A stretch of DNA of 64,000 nt from a virus. Taxonomy: Duplodnaviria; Caudoviricetes. The notes under the pieces were generated by a model. That model was not told where the DNA came from. It searched no databases and saw only the letters and a list, made by a program, of their open reading frames with translations. The stretch spans positions 32,001 to 96,000 of IMG/VR virus record IMGVR_UViG_638276483_000001; one strand, written 5' to 3'. Made by a program: the position numbers and the translations under genes. Below, in pieces: positions 63,796-64,000 of this stretch (position 1 is the stretch's first letter; each line of letters opens with the position of its first letter).

Positions 63796-64000
63796 ATGAG
63801 CCGCACATACAGAGATCAGAAGAAGTATCTCTACAAGCACCATCACGAGGTCTGCATGCGCAGCCATTTCTACCTAGATGACGGCTCCATGCGGTGGGCC
63901 TGGCGCGCGCACGACTGCGAATGCGCTGACTGGTGGGACTGGAGCATGAAACACTGTCCGGTCCCGAGTTGGTGGAATCGCGATATTCGTAGGGCGGAGC
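63796..64000 (+). CDS. Hypothetical protein (3' partial)
   Basis: RBS aaggag; MSRTYRDQ..PSWWNR. Confidence 0.6.
   Translation, partial: MSRTYRDQKKYLYKHHHEVCMRSHFYLDDGSMRWAWRAHDCECADWWDWSMKHCPVPSWWNRDIRRAE

Overview
Middle 64 kb of a large temperate mycobacteriophage. The gene order most resembles Omega-like (cluster J) phages; this is inferred from gene content, not from a database search. Left to right: minor tail genes (1-8.9 kb); a lysis cassette (lysA, HNH, lysB, holin) and nrdH; a leftward operon of small genes including lsr2; xis and a tyrosine integrase with an intact attP (core = 3' half of tRNA-Leu(CAA)); accessory genes; a repressor/cro switch; and a long rightward early region. 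That region encodes an exonuclease, a split C5 methyltransferase, Pnkp, EndoVII, WhiB, prim-pol, a helicase, an N6/N4 methyltransferase, RNA ligase, ClpP-like and DnaQ-like proteins and a nucleotide-hydrolase module, and ends in an RNA cluster with tRNA-Gly. The most unusual signals are: (i) three anticodon-less tRNA mimics and several structured intergenic RNAs, including a 61-nt CCA-ended mini-tRNA directly behind a ~200-nt structured RNA; (ii) four genes that appear to start at non-canonical codons (CTG, ATT, ATA, ATA); (iii) a C5 methyltransferase spread over three ORFs, with an overprinted subunit and an out-of-frame module; (iv) putative integrase arm sites arranged as a palindrome over the int start codon; (v) an FN3 domain split across two tail genes. 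All RNA folds were read by eye and need computational confirmation.
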